From positions 2,456,861-2,520,860 of the forward strand of contig NW_019091359.1 of the NCBI RefSeq assembly GCF_001949145.1: DNA of 64,000 bases. Reading direction: 5' to 3'. The notes beneath the pieces were generated by a model, which was not told where the DNA came from, did not search any database, and saw only the letters and a list, made by a program, of their open reading frames with translations. Positions within the stretch are counted from its first letter, which is position 1. Each line of letters starts with the position of its first letter. The position numbers were made by a program, and so were the translations under genes. The stretch comes from Acanthaster planci. Taxonomy: Eukaryota. This document shows, in pieces, positions 1 through 13,400 of the stretch.

Positions 1-827
1 GGAATTCTCCCTGTCAATGCCTACTAGATATTCTCTCAGATAAAGCCCAATGCTGCTACACATTCCAATAAAAAAAAGGAACAAAACAGCCACCAGGTAT
101 TAAAATAGACTTGCAGATCTAAACACATATCTTCATGGCCGCCAGCGTTGTCCCAAACAACAGAAATAGAACTTTTCTGGAACCGACGTGTCTGGAACGA
201 CACAGCCTTATCTGTTAAGTACAATACACACAACTTGTCAGCACCACCGAGTTTATCTTTCCGCAATTTATTGCTTTGTTTGTTTCTTTTTTTCTTTACA
301 AGCTCATTGTTATTCTTTCTTAAAAGTCACATCAATGTCAAATTAAGGTCGTGGAATTGAAACTTTCGGCTACATCCGTTGAATGAGTTCATTAAAAAAA
401 AAAGTAGAAATATAAGCGATTTATAGTTGTATAAAATGCCCTTGACAGTGTTATATCGGATTAGGCATGGTGATGCTTTAAGTATGACAACCCATCATTA
501 AAAAAGACTCATAAAATTTCAGTTAAAAATCTTGCAGGGGTAATGGAGCAGTTAAGCTGGACTTGTGCAAGGCTGAAAATGTAATTGAACTGTTGGAAGA
601 AAATATCATGGACGAAACAAACAAAACACAAGTGTTGCGTTCCGACTGTGGACACCTCGAGGGAGCCATCTCTAACAGCACACTTTAAAACGGCTACAAA
701 TTGACTACGGCAAGTAAAAATAACCAATAAAAAAGAAACAAAAATAATCCAAGCAACATATCGACAAAGCTACATTACGCAGGCTTCGAAATTGCTTTTA
801 CAGCTTTACATGGCTAAAATCAACAAT

Positions 828-909
828 GCCAACAGTGCACACCACTAAGGGACGCCAACAGTGCACACCACTAAGCGAGGCCAACAGTGCACACCACTAA
901 GCGAGGCCA
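828..909. repeat. Tandem repeat, 3 x 26 bp, downstream of the HMG stop (probable 3' UTR)
   Basis: gccaacagtgcacaccactaag(ggac/cgag) repeated three times. Confidence 0.9.
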
Positions 910-1467
910 TTTGCGCTCGGTTCTGCTCTCTACATCCCGAGTGGAATCCAGACATGACATTTCTTTGGACAGCAAGGCGTGGAAAAGAATTCACTGGGCA
1001 CTGCCAGCTGACATCATGAAGACAGAACCGACCCACGGATTGGAGGAAGAATGCCTAGAGTGGGAATGCACCATGAAATGGATTTACTGACAAACCAGTA
1101 AACAACGTGCATTAACTAGCCACTCAACATAATGACTTTTTTGGTTCAAAGCTGAAGGAAACAGGATGTAAGGTTGAGGTTTTTTGAAGCCCTAATCACC
1201 CTCAACAGGTGAGAGATCAAGCACTGGCAGGATTAATCTAACTATTCCGCCTTTCCCAAGCCACGGATATTCCTCTCTCCCAGTTGATAGCTTTACTGTG
1301 CTTGGACAAAAGCAATAATGATAGAGCCTCGCTAGAGCCGTAGTCTGTTTCCAACTTATCTTGAGACACAAATGGCCTGGCGTTATTTGTCACTGAATTA
1401 CAATATGGAACAGTCTGTTATTGACACGAGTAAGGGAGGCGGGAGAGATAGTGGCTTGAGGACGGCC

Positions 1468-4400
1468 TTACTCGTCTCCATATTCCAGATCGTCGTCATC
1501 TTCATCATCGTATTCATCGTCGTCGTCATCGTCTGGCTGCGGCGCTGTCTGGGGGTGGTGATGCTGCTGAGCCTGCTGCTGTTGTTGCATGTGCATCCTC
1601 TGCAGCTGCATCTGCTGGTGGGCAGCGGCGGCCTGCGCACTGCCATTGTAGCTGTTGGCTATGCCCAGCCCCACCTGACCAAACTGCTGCTGCTGTTGCC
1701 GGTGCTGCTGTTGGGCTTGGTGTTGCTGCTGGGCTTGTTGCTGTACCTGTTGTTGCTGCATGGTGGCAGCTTGCATGTGGCTCATGCTTGGCTGAGAGGA
1801 CTGAGTTGGTGCTTTGTGGGGCTCTGGAATACCCTTCTACAAATGACACAAGAAAAAGTAAAAAAAAAAAACATTTCTTTCTTATGCATACATTAATACA
1901 GAGGGCTATGTCAAGGTCTATTCGATCAATCTCAAGCTGAAGTGCACCCTCCCAAGCAAAGAAGAGACAGAGATGGGAAATTTCTCACAAGCGAACACCA
2001 TGAACTCATACAAAATTGACTGTGTGTCCCTCGAAAAATGGCATAAACCTGTGCGTGCATGCTTTGTTAAATTCTGGTAGGCTTCTTTGAAAATGTACTT
2101 AGACTGAACTTTGCATTTTTCTCCCAAGCTAAACCTAAATCCAACTACAAGTTCTTCGGATTTTAGAACATGAAAGCCTGCTGACTGCACACTCAAGTTG
2201 CTTTCAGAGTTTCTGTGATAATTGGAATCAGAGCCATTCCCCCCCTACCCAACATCTAAGACACACCCGCGTTAAGAACACCCACAAGACACCATCTACC
2301 TTGAGTCTCCACTCTCTCATAGCCTCCTCGTACATCTGGTACTTGATGGCCACCTGGTCCTGGTAGGGCTTCTTCTGCTGGTCAGTCAGCTTGTTCCACT
2401 CTTCGCCGCAGATGACTGTTAAGCGCTTGCCTGGCTCAAGCGGCACGCCTTTCATCTTCTTCCGGAAGTCCTCCAGGAAGAGGAAATAGGCCGTGGCTGG
2501 CTTCTTGGGCTTGTCAGGGTCCCGCTTCTTTGTGAACATCTCACGCTGCAAGGGAGACGAGTCATTACCGTTTAAGAACTAGATACCTTGTCAAGCCAAC
2601 GTCATTTCGAAAATTTGAGCGCAACTCTGCTAAACTTCACAGGGTCTAAAAGTGAGATTTTTCTGATCGGAGCAGAAAAGAAAAAGAAATTATTTTGTTT
2701 CAGTAGTTAGGTTCTGTTTTTAAGAAAGGAGGTACCGATATCTTTACAACTCAGTTGCTTTGAGATATTGTTAGAACCAGCATAATATCAAATGGCAAGA
2801 ATAACTGCATGTATAATAAGTTTTTAAACCCTAAAAAGCACAATACATCCCTGCTTTTGAAATGTTAGCTATACCACTGCTATGGAAAAAGAAGAAAAAG
2901 CAAGGGCTCATTATCGCCGCATGTACAAAATATTTTTTCACAATTTCTCACTGAAACTGGTTAACCCTCCTATGCAAAGATGCATTCTTGAGGCAGTTCT
3001 CCCATCAGTCAAAATCAGTCAAGTGACATATGATATGTCTATGTACAGTACAGGGAGAAAAGGAGGGAATTTTTGATTGTCTGTGACTGTTACAGCAAAA
3101 GGATTTAACCCCAACCCTCCTTAATCCTCCAAAATCCTTTGGGCGGTTTTGGACGATTTTGGAGGATTGAGGGTGAATGGCAAAAGTGCATGGCTGATTG
3201 CGAAGGATGCCATGCGTGAAGGTTGTGGGTTAGACCTTGAGTTGTTCTTGCTCAGTCATGCATAAATTCAGCCTGATATTTCTTTTAAATCAACCGCACT
3301 GCTCAAGAATGCCATTCGCACTGCCTCAACATAATGACAGGAATTTCCGGAGGATTTTGAAGGATTGAGCCAGTAGGCACACCTCCAAGTAACATTTTCA
3401 GGAATTGCCAGAGGATTTTGAAGGAATTGAGCCAGAAGGCACACCACCAAGTAACATTTTCAAGAAAGGTTGGAGGATTGCGAAGGATTGAAGGAGAATC
3501 CAAATTTTCCACCCCTCCCCCCCCCAAATTGGAGGATTCTGGAGGATTGAGCAGGGTCCCTAGCAAAAAGGGTCTGGGGTTAGGATTAAAAGCTATTTGC
3601 TTTGAAATGAAGCAATTTCTCTCGCAGGGGGCAGTGCATGCATAAATGACATAACTTGGGGAGTAGTTCTTGAGACTCTTGGGATACCAACCTGAGCCAA
3701 GTACCTCTCCCTGTCTGACAAAGCCAGATCCACGTAGGGCTTCCTCTCAGCTTCGCTCATTGCAGTCCATTTGGCCCCACACGCCTTTGTAATTTCACTG
3801 GCCTAGGGATTAAAGGAGCAGTTAGGGTCATGAATCCTGTACTCATGTTTGTACCACTTTACACTTGATTAATGCCCCCTGAAAGGGAGTTTAAAAAGAA
3901 ATGGCTTAAAGAAATGCCCATCTCCTGAACAGTGCAAGAACAAACAAGACATGTCCTCATTTTGATGTTTGGAATGTCCCTGGCTGTTTGATTCATCTCA
4001 ATTTTCCATCGACTAATCCACTAACCATGGCAATGTTATGAATGGTCATTAGCAAGGGCTCGTGCCAATGTCAGGATGCACTGCAATGATCATTACACAA
4101 TGTATGCAGCCACTGTTCTGAGACAGTTGCTGTGTACAAAATCCAACATGATGATTTCAACCATTACAGGGGACCATTAACCCTAACACTCCTCAGTCCT
4201 CCAACAGGTGAAGGATTGAGGAGTGTTAGGGTTAAGACTGTCCAGTGAAATATCACTATATACAATGTATATATTTGTAACAAGAACTAAAAATGGTCTC
4301 ATATATACCATGGCTTAAATATTTCAATTAACAACCTTTCAAAAAATCTAACCAAAAGAATGAGTGCTCTTCAAGTGTTCCAGCACTGGTCTTGCAAAAC

Positions 4401-7400
4401 ATACTTCAAACATGAGTGAAATTTCTCGGCTACTGAACTAGCAGTTCAGAAGAGGTTGGCCTGAAATACCAGCCCTGCAACCAGGCTTACACTCTAAGCA
4501 ACTGAGCGGAAACCAAGACTGGGATCAACAAGTCTTCTGGTCCATACCCTTGGAATCTGCTCCCCGTTCTTGCCAAAGTTCTTCCTGAAGGCCTCCAAGT
4601 AGTAGAAGTAGCCTGTCTTGGGCTTCTTGATGTGGTCTGTGGGCTTGGGACGCCTCTTTCTCTTCTGTTTGCCCTCCTTGGGTTTACGCCCTCGCTTGGC
4701 CGGTGCCACCATCAGCTGTTGGTGTTGCTGCATCATATCTGGCAAAAGGATTGGTGCACAGAAACAGCAGAGTCTCATGAGTACTACCACACTTGTGTAG
4801 TATTAACACATTTAATCAAAAACTGACTGGCATGCATTCATATCTTCAGATCTCCTGCCTTCAAGCTTGCTGTCCTGGAAAAACCTGCCTGTTCTTGAAC
4901 CCTTTCGGAATACCTATAGACACAAGCGGAGAGAAAGGAACGGTGCCCTTCTCCCATCAAATTCTGGCTAAACCCTTTCCTTTTCCAATAGGGAGCATAC
5001 AGTAACTGTCGAGGGCAGCTACACAATGTCAGCGACAGGAACAAGCCATTTCAAAAGTCACAGGGCAAGTTAGAACAAGGACCACAGTTAACCATGGTTT
5101 GACTATCTCTGACCGAACATATACTAGTCAATGATGGTTGGACTAGTCTAGGCAACTATTCACGACCAGCCTACCAAGGCTGGTCACATCATAGGTTGCC
5201 ATAAACCATTTTTAATTGCACAGTGCAGAGAGGACCAGTTAAAAGAAAATTGCCGGAAAAGAAGTATGTCACTTGTGAACGACCATTTTCACTGTCATTT
5301 TTGCTATTTCGTCCTTCCACTTTTTCTCCCCTTCGGCCTGACGACCTGACAACGGTTGACTAGGGTCGTTGGCGCTAGGTACATCACTCAGGAATCAACC
5401 ACTAGTTAACTAGTGGTCCTTGATCGAACTCACCCAAAGTCAACTTTGGTCAGTCAACTGGATAGCTGGCATAAAGCCACTTTAGCCACAGAGCAGCATC
5501 CCGGTGCAATAACACTTATGGTGAAAAACCTCTATCGTTGTTACTGATCACTGAAGCTGTTTCCATCCAACTTAAAGCCCTCTTTGCGCATTCATACACG
5601 TACGCCACAAAATAAGACACAGCCCAGCAGATACTGGTCTTGAATGACATACTCTATTGAAATTTGGTACGTACGTTTGGTGTACTTGCTCATTTGCAGG
5701 AATTTCCCTGATGACATCCCTGACATTGATGATATCTCTATGATGGTAATAATGAATATTTCACACAACCCTATCACTGTGTGGCTGTGCATTTTATTAC
5801 ATACAAAGACAAAGAGATACCTCCACTTCATATTTTACGGCACCACACATCAAAAAGAAAAATTGAAATATGGCATTAACAGTACCCTCAAATTTCCTGC
5901 AACTGGTGATAAATCATGTGCAGACACCAGTAGACTAACAAGTGCATAGTTAATGAGTCTGTGGAGTTTTGTTTTCTCCTGAGTGCAAATACTGCTCTTA
6001 CATTAAAAATCCAAACACTGACTGAACGGAACTGTTGAATAGAACTAAACTGAATCTGAAAGGTGCACGATACTGTGAAATAAATTCAAAACTTTGGAAG
6101 TTACATTATCCTTCTATTTGAGTCCGACTGACAATTCCCTTTTCACAACTCATACATGTATTGTGTTTGCTAAATGATACAATGTGAGTTCCAAGTTACT
6201 CCCACAGATTATCAATTTCCTCCATATGGAAGTCAGACACAATAATATTTGTAGTATTAGGTAATGAAGGATTCCCATGAAGGTTGCGTACAGTGTATGC
6301 AGTTTGAGATAACTGGAGGATACGTGTAAGGCATGTACTTGATTTCATTTTTGCTGAACACACTTATATCAATGACATCGAATTTACTCAAAGGTTTTTA
6401 CAGTACACATACTGTGACAGTGAGCGGTTAGATTGAGTGTTATGCCTACATGTTTGTTCAAGTGAAATTTCTTTTGATAAAGAAGAAATGGAAACAGGGC
6501 TTTTTTCAATTTCTTCCCTAAACACTGTACCTGTTTGGTGCTACTTTTCATTTTAAAAAGGATGCAAGATTTGGATACAAGAGTGTGTTACATTGTGTAT
6601 GTCCAAGACTTTCATGGCCTAATCATGAATATCGTGACCTACTAAACATGAGGAAACTACATACACCCACCATTTCTTTTTGGGTTACTCTCATTGAAAA
6701 AAGGCACTTTCTCCTGACAAATGAGGGCGCCCTTACTGTGATGTCATTAAAGGATGGCACTGTTCCCTTGAGGGACTTGTTTAGACTGTGAACCAAAAGA
6801 TTTGTTTAGTGGAAATGTTCGTGAGCAAACTGCTCAGCGGCATGCTGTCACGAACTGAAAGAAATCACCAGTGCACAAAATTTACCACAGCAAAATATCC
6901 ACAATTCTGGGAAAATTTCAGAACACAAATATGGTAGTTCCTTTGGATGACAACACACTTTGGGACAGCAATTAGCTTTACCATATACATCAAAATGGTG
7001 CTAAATTTCTGTGAAACAACAAAAATTGAAAACCAGACTGAAGAATTACACTTCATAGACCCCTGGAGTACTCATGAACAATACACATTCTTGAAGTACT
7101 TCAATGTAGCTTACAGTTACACTTTGCCTCTGCTCTCTGCTATCCGACATACATTCTCCTGCTATTAATGTTCCTGTTTTGAGTCCACATCAACAAATAC
7201 CTCAAGTTATTCCCTTGTAGGCACTGCTTGCAAATATCTCACACTGGCCCTAGCTCTATGTACACTAACGGGGGAATGATTATAAACACTATCAATTTCA
7301 AAAACTTGTTTTCTGCTCCACCCAGCCGGTACTGTCTCCTTACAGACATGGTGCTCTTTTCACGGGAACTGCCTAATCCTCCACAATACATACCCTGAGG

Positions 7401-10400
7401 CAAATTCAATTTGGGCCAAACAAACTGAAAATCACAGACCTCTTGTACATGTATTTGCCACACGTACATGTGTGGAACAGCATCCACACGTACCCATGTC
7501 AGTGATTTCTCTTGACAAGACACAATCAGCAGTTTTTGGTTTGGAGTTTTTTCACATCAGGTTCTTAGGTCATTTCTAAATGCATGTGTAAGGAGGGGTG
7601 AGTTTGACCAACAATAAAAATAGCTGAAAACAGCTGAAAACAGCTGAAAACAGCTGAAAACAGCTGAAAACAGCTGAAAACAGCTGAAAAAAGGCATCAA
7701 GAAGCTGAACTGTGAAAATCTCCTATACTTTTGTACACAGTCAGTGAGGGAAAAAACAACCGATTTAATCCAAAACAAAAAAGCAGAAAAGCTGAGAAAT
7801 CCCACCCCTGATGTCTAAAAGTCTGTAAATGTTCTTTGAGAGCCTTCATCCAAGCAAGAATCTTATAATTTATGTGTATTAATAAACCCTAGGTCTCGGT
7901 ATATCAAGTAACCTCAAGGATCTTATTGTACATGTCCATGTTAAAAAAGGTGCATTACAGTGATTGTACATGTCCATGTTAAAAAAGGTGCATTACAGTG
8001 CATCATCATGAATTCATCACCATGAATTATTAGGTATTTGGGCTTTGGTACAACTGTACGTAAATGTTGAAAAGAAAACTTCTGGAGAAAGCAGCCTGCA
8101 GTAAAGGCATACTTAACCCCCTGGGAATGAAATTATTTCACAAGAGGCCGGTACTAGACGAGGTGTACATCCGCTTCATAAAGCACCGTTTGCCTCGAGG
8201 ATTGGCCGTGCTCATGGCCAAGTCAGGGTACCACACACAGTCAGTCTCTATGGAGAAGCTGGTCAATCATCAACCCTCTCTCAGTGTACAGGACCACTGG
8301 AAACTGCTCAAGCATGACGCACACGTCAGCCCTCTCCTGTTTGTGGATACTGCCGGAATGTATTAACCTGCTCCCTCAAGAAACTAAATGTACTTCCCTA
8401 ATTTGTTGTGGCTTTACTCATCCTCCATCAAGTGGCAAACAGTCTCTGTTTTTTTTTCCCACATGTAGGAACTTTTGCTTCTTTGCTTCTATACTTCCCA
8501 CAACTAGGAACTCTGTGCTTGCAAGGCGAGAATAACCTATCTTCACAAGTGTGGTAAGTAGGGAATGGTTATTACAAGTACAGAGCCATGGTCAGTAGCA
8601 CTGCCAACTTGGATCTGGCGAATACCACCCCAAAATACCAACCTCTCTTGGGAGTGGGTCAACCCGTAGTCTGAACTCATCCCAAAATATTACTCAAGCT
8701 GAGTGAGCACCTGAGAGTGGCCTAAGCATCTTTATCTGTATGACCTCTAGAGCAGGTCAAGCAATTTAATCCTAAGAGAGTGGGACAGGGGAAGGAGCAG
8801 AATCTTCTCCCCACGACATTTCTTCTGATATCGTTCAAGTGGATTTTTTCACGTATCAAATCTGCAGGAGTTTTTAGTCATCTTAAAATCATATTAACAC
8901 AAATTAGGAGAAAATTTGACATACTGTTTTGGGGCAATGCCCAGTTTTCCGACAGTTCAGCCCAAACTGTTTACTTTCCCACTGGTTTGCTCGATACACA
9001 CAAGCTGGCATGCACGAGGCCATCAAGTTCAAATGACAGTAACTGCAAAAAATTATCTTGGATTTAGTTGAACCTTCACATTTGTATACCGATGATCAAT
9101 GTCTCTATGTGCATGCAAAGTTTAAAAAAGATCAGGCATCGGAAAGCTGTGTTCTTTGAGGGGTGAATCTGTCCCTTCCCCCTCATCCCGAGATGGTCTG
9201 AAAAAACCTAGCTCTTGTGAAGTTACCGACAAATATCCACACACAGCGACGGGTAACTGTTCCAACTTCATGGCCAATCAGACAAGTCAAGGTAGAACTT
9301 GCAATACCACAACCACCGATTTCAGAACTTCAGAACTTGCAGCTGGCAATCGTGTGTGCCTTTTAGCCTTCTTGAAGCATGGCAGACAGGCGCTTTTCGA
9401 GGTGGGTAAATTTGGAGTAAAACCCACAGATTTCACCCAAACAAAGCCCTCTTGTGTCTGCCTCAAACAGGCAGATGGAAGCCACTGGCTAGCCACTACC
9501 ATTTGCCACTAACACCCGTATCACTCCTAACCACAGCCTCTTAGCTTAGACACAGCTAGCCATACATACTAATGTAATTAGTATAGCCTAGCCCTACCAT
9601 GCCTAAATAGTTCCCCGCAACTAAAGCATGTGTTGATTTCATGTTCTCTGACATTTGTGTCACTTAAATTTGTCACTGGCTGTCCTGCTTGACAGGTTAA
9701 AGGGTGTACTTGCCTCAGATATCACTTTCCATCTAATTTTGCCTCTCCCTTCAACACATTTCAGAACGACGATTGTAAATACTTGGCCTGGTTTATACTA
9801 TCCATACTTGTTGATGACTGAACATGACATGAACGACAGGTACTGGAGAGGAAAGTCACCTGCTATCCTCAGAATTCTCTGTTGACTAGTTCTGACAAGA
9901 GAAAAGGGTGATTCACAAATTTCACCTGAGAAAGCCTTCCGACGAGATTTCCCTGGCGACAAATCTATGAGCAACAGTGAGTGCATAATTTCAGGTGTAC
10001 ACGATATTTCCGGGTTTTGATTTGGAATAGATTTACGTGTACATGTACCTCAGAAAACAAATGGAGAGAGCGCCACCTAGTGGCAGAGTTCTAGACCTGC
10101 TGTCAGATGAGGGTGCTTCAGTAGCCACTTGCTGTTGTTGGCTTTTGGTGCATTCCAAGGTTAGTAATTGGCAAGTGACCAAACATTGTACGTTATGGTT
10201 CACAGCACATTCAATGCTTTCACACACAGGTAGATTGGGCATTACCATCTCTTTAACAAGGTGTTTTAACACAAGAATGATTCCCATCCTCTAATCAGCT
10301 TCAAGAAAAGCCCCTCTTAGGCTCTTATAAATCAACACTGCCCTCTAGAGTTTTGGCATAAAGGTGATTGATCATTGGACGTTCGCTGTGATCACAGCTG

Positions 10401-13400
10401 TCTGCTTTTTTCTAAATCTGTTACAATAACAGGGAACGCCACAGAATGTAAACAGAGTGAACACAACCAACAGATCATCAGTGGTTGCTGCCAATCTGAT
10501 TTTCACACACTATAGTGTCATTTGACCACCAGACTTAGAAGCCATTACTGCGGTGGCACAACGGACGGGTGGTACGCGAGCGTTACATGCCTCGTTGACC
10601 AACAAGGTGTAATGATTTGCCAAATGCACGCACGCGTCAAGCTGAAGAATGTGCGTGTGAATGCGGCATCGAATCGGATTAGCCTACAGCTAATGTTTCA
10701 CCCACTCTAGCCACCATCCGTAAACAAAGAAGGGGGAAACCCACCTCTTATCTTCCACAATTCCAAAAGATGCTACAAGAAACAACACTAAGTTTCCCTG
10801 TGGCCAGAGTCAGCCCTGAATACCGGGAGTATAACATCTCGTCAGGTGTTTCATCAAGACCCTTCACGTCAAACTTACAAACAGGAAATGGAAACTGGCA
10901 TGCCAAATACCGCTCTTTCACGATTCCCTCGCCACTTAATTACCTCATTATTTCTTGCGGCCTGCTCGTCCAGTGTATCACTTGGAATGAAGGAAAAACA
11001 CTGCTCACATATATTCTTGTTCTTCTTCAATATCACATACCACACACTGTTCATATTACAAGCAAGCAAACCTTATATACATTTGCATATTCATTGGTAT
11101 GAACTTGTAAGTTCAAAACTATGAAATTTAAAACAACTTCCTGTTCGCCTTCAAATTCTGGTTTTAACTTTAAACAAGTCAGAAACAAGATAATTTTTTT
11201 CTGTGGACATAATTACAGTGAGATAGCTCAATGCTGTTTTGCAATTTTATCTTTGAACTTCCTTTTTGAGAGCATCAGTAGAAACAATGCATAGTGGCAT
11301 TCTGGAGTGTCAAAGGTCAGAAGCTGTACTAGTTGCATGAATTATGCAAAATAGCCCATTGTTCGCTGTAACAAAAACAAAGTGAATATCTGTATCACTC
11401 TGTACATGTCGTTTTGGACTGCGACATGGTTCTCTGGGAACTGAAAGTTGCACTTCTGAGGAACTTGTTCAGAGTCAAATGAGGCTCTCAATGACAGACA
11501 GTGGCATACTTCCCTGAATTAAAAGCGCAAGTGGACAGTGATGCGTAGGCATGTGAATGAGGAGGGATGGGGGTATGGCATTGAACACTTCCCCTCCTAA
11601 ACTTCCACACACCCCTCTGACAAAAAGGCAGTACAGCTCCATGTAAACATACATGTTCTGTGACTGTAACACAATCAGTGTGGCTCTTCCCCAGAATAGC
11701 GGTTTCCCGATCTGTCCAAGCCCCGTCCCTCCCCCCCCCCAAAAAAGAACACTAGCCACAACACAACATTTTCAGGCAGGTGGACAGGTACATGTACAGT
11801 CGAACCTCGTTAATAACAGGTCCAAAGTCAGACTTCACAGATGACACATACCTTGTTTTAACAGGAACCTTGTACTATCGAGCATAAAAACAATAAAGAA
11901 CAAAGAAATGGGATCTACATTTCCTTGCCACATTGTATAACCAGAATACTGTATTTACAGAACACATTGCTCTTGTGAACAGGTTGTCTGTACAGATATA
12001 CTGGTACACATCTTAATTAACTTACCTTTACATAACTTTGGGGATTTTGGTTACTTTTCATTTCAAGATGTTCAGTGATTATTCCTACCTTGTTGCAGAA
12101 ATACTAATACCAGACAGATTAGCCTATGTGACTGAACTTTTCAAACATCGTTATTCTTCTTCCCCTACCTCCAAAATCCCCCTTGTGTATGTTGACGACA
12201 TTGGGGGTTTAATGGCTTTGCTGCAAACCTGTGTGGCTGATTTTAGAGGATGTATTTTGTCAAAGGCTTGAGGAAAACCTTGTGCCGCCCGTACTCAGCC
12301 ACAAGCTACTGGATAAACATACATGTACTAACAAGAACGCTGGAGGATTTTGAAGGACGGAGACTATCTGTACATGTATCCTAGGAAAAATGTGGAGGGA
12401 GTTGGATGTTAAATCTTTGTCAAGTTTGGATCAAATTCAACAATGCTTGCCCGAAATTTTATGTTGTTGCTGACTTGGGTCACATACATGTACATGTAGA
12501 TATACCATAATCCATAACAGCTTTAGTGCAAGGGAATGGTTCCCGGCCCATCTATTATAGTTCCGATCTAGCAGCAGTAACCATATTGCATGTCGAATGT
12601 GATTTTTTCGCAACGACTCAAGGAATACTCAATTTCACTTTGTGATTCAACTTCCAAGTGAGAACCAAAAGATTTGGAAGGAAAAGAACATTACACTGAA
12701 CAAAAAGCAAAATGCACTTGATTTTGGAAGCGTTGACTGATGATTCTAATGATGCACAGTCATTTATCAGGCAGGCACCCAAAGGTAAGAGTGGGCATCA
12801 GGTGGGACCATTTTCATCAGTGACTGAAAATTAATACACCGAATGACCACTACACCAAACGTTCTGTGTGGACCCCATCAAATCTTTCAGGAATTGAAAA
12901 AAGTCACCATAATGATGCCTGTAGTATTCAGCACCCCACCAGTCACCCGCACCCAGGAGAAATTAAAATACAACCAATGTGCACCAATTCTCGGTCTTTT
13001 TCCCCAACCCTTTTCGTCTTTCTGCAAATATCTGCGGGGAAGAAACATTTCTGTTCTGTTAGATAAGACAGGGTGAAATATCTCTCCAGTTCCTCAATGA
13101 CTTTTTGGTTTGAGCTTAGTATCTTCTATCCTAACTCACTGACAAAAAATCCACTACACCAATCGTTTCTTTATCTGTCTGTATTTCGTGGACCAATGGA
13201 CAAAGACAGAAACCCTTTAAGTACATGTACACGTAAGTCTCAGCCCAATTCCACTGTTCTAGCAAAAACATTTGGAAATTTCACAATAGAATATCCACTG
13301 CCTGTCAATAATCAGAAGAAAATCAAGAGGAACATTCACTGTTAAATCTTGTTCATTTGCTGTAATACATGCAAAAAGGGGGGGGAGGCCATAGCTCCTT

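Noticed and set aside
828..909. 26-bp direct repeats as a CRISPR-like array
   Set aside because: The units are contiguous with no unique spacers, the context is eukaryotic and there are no cas genes.
1372..1896. 174-aa Leu/Val-rich plus-strand ORF resembling a membrane protein
   Set aside because: It is the antisense shadow of the polyQ/acidic exon of the HMG gene. The same applies to the Cys- and Leu-rich ORFs at 42621-42957 opposite NRF1.
8064..8366. 100-aa plus-strand ORF in the HMG intron
   Set aside because: No recognisable domain, a non-ATG start and no clear splice context.
8648..8685. miR-100-like AACCCGTAG-TCTGAACT inside a small hairpin
   Set aside because: The match lies across the loop of a short stem, has an indel relative to miR-100 and lacks a star arm.
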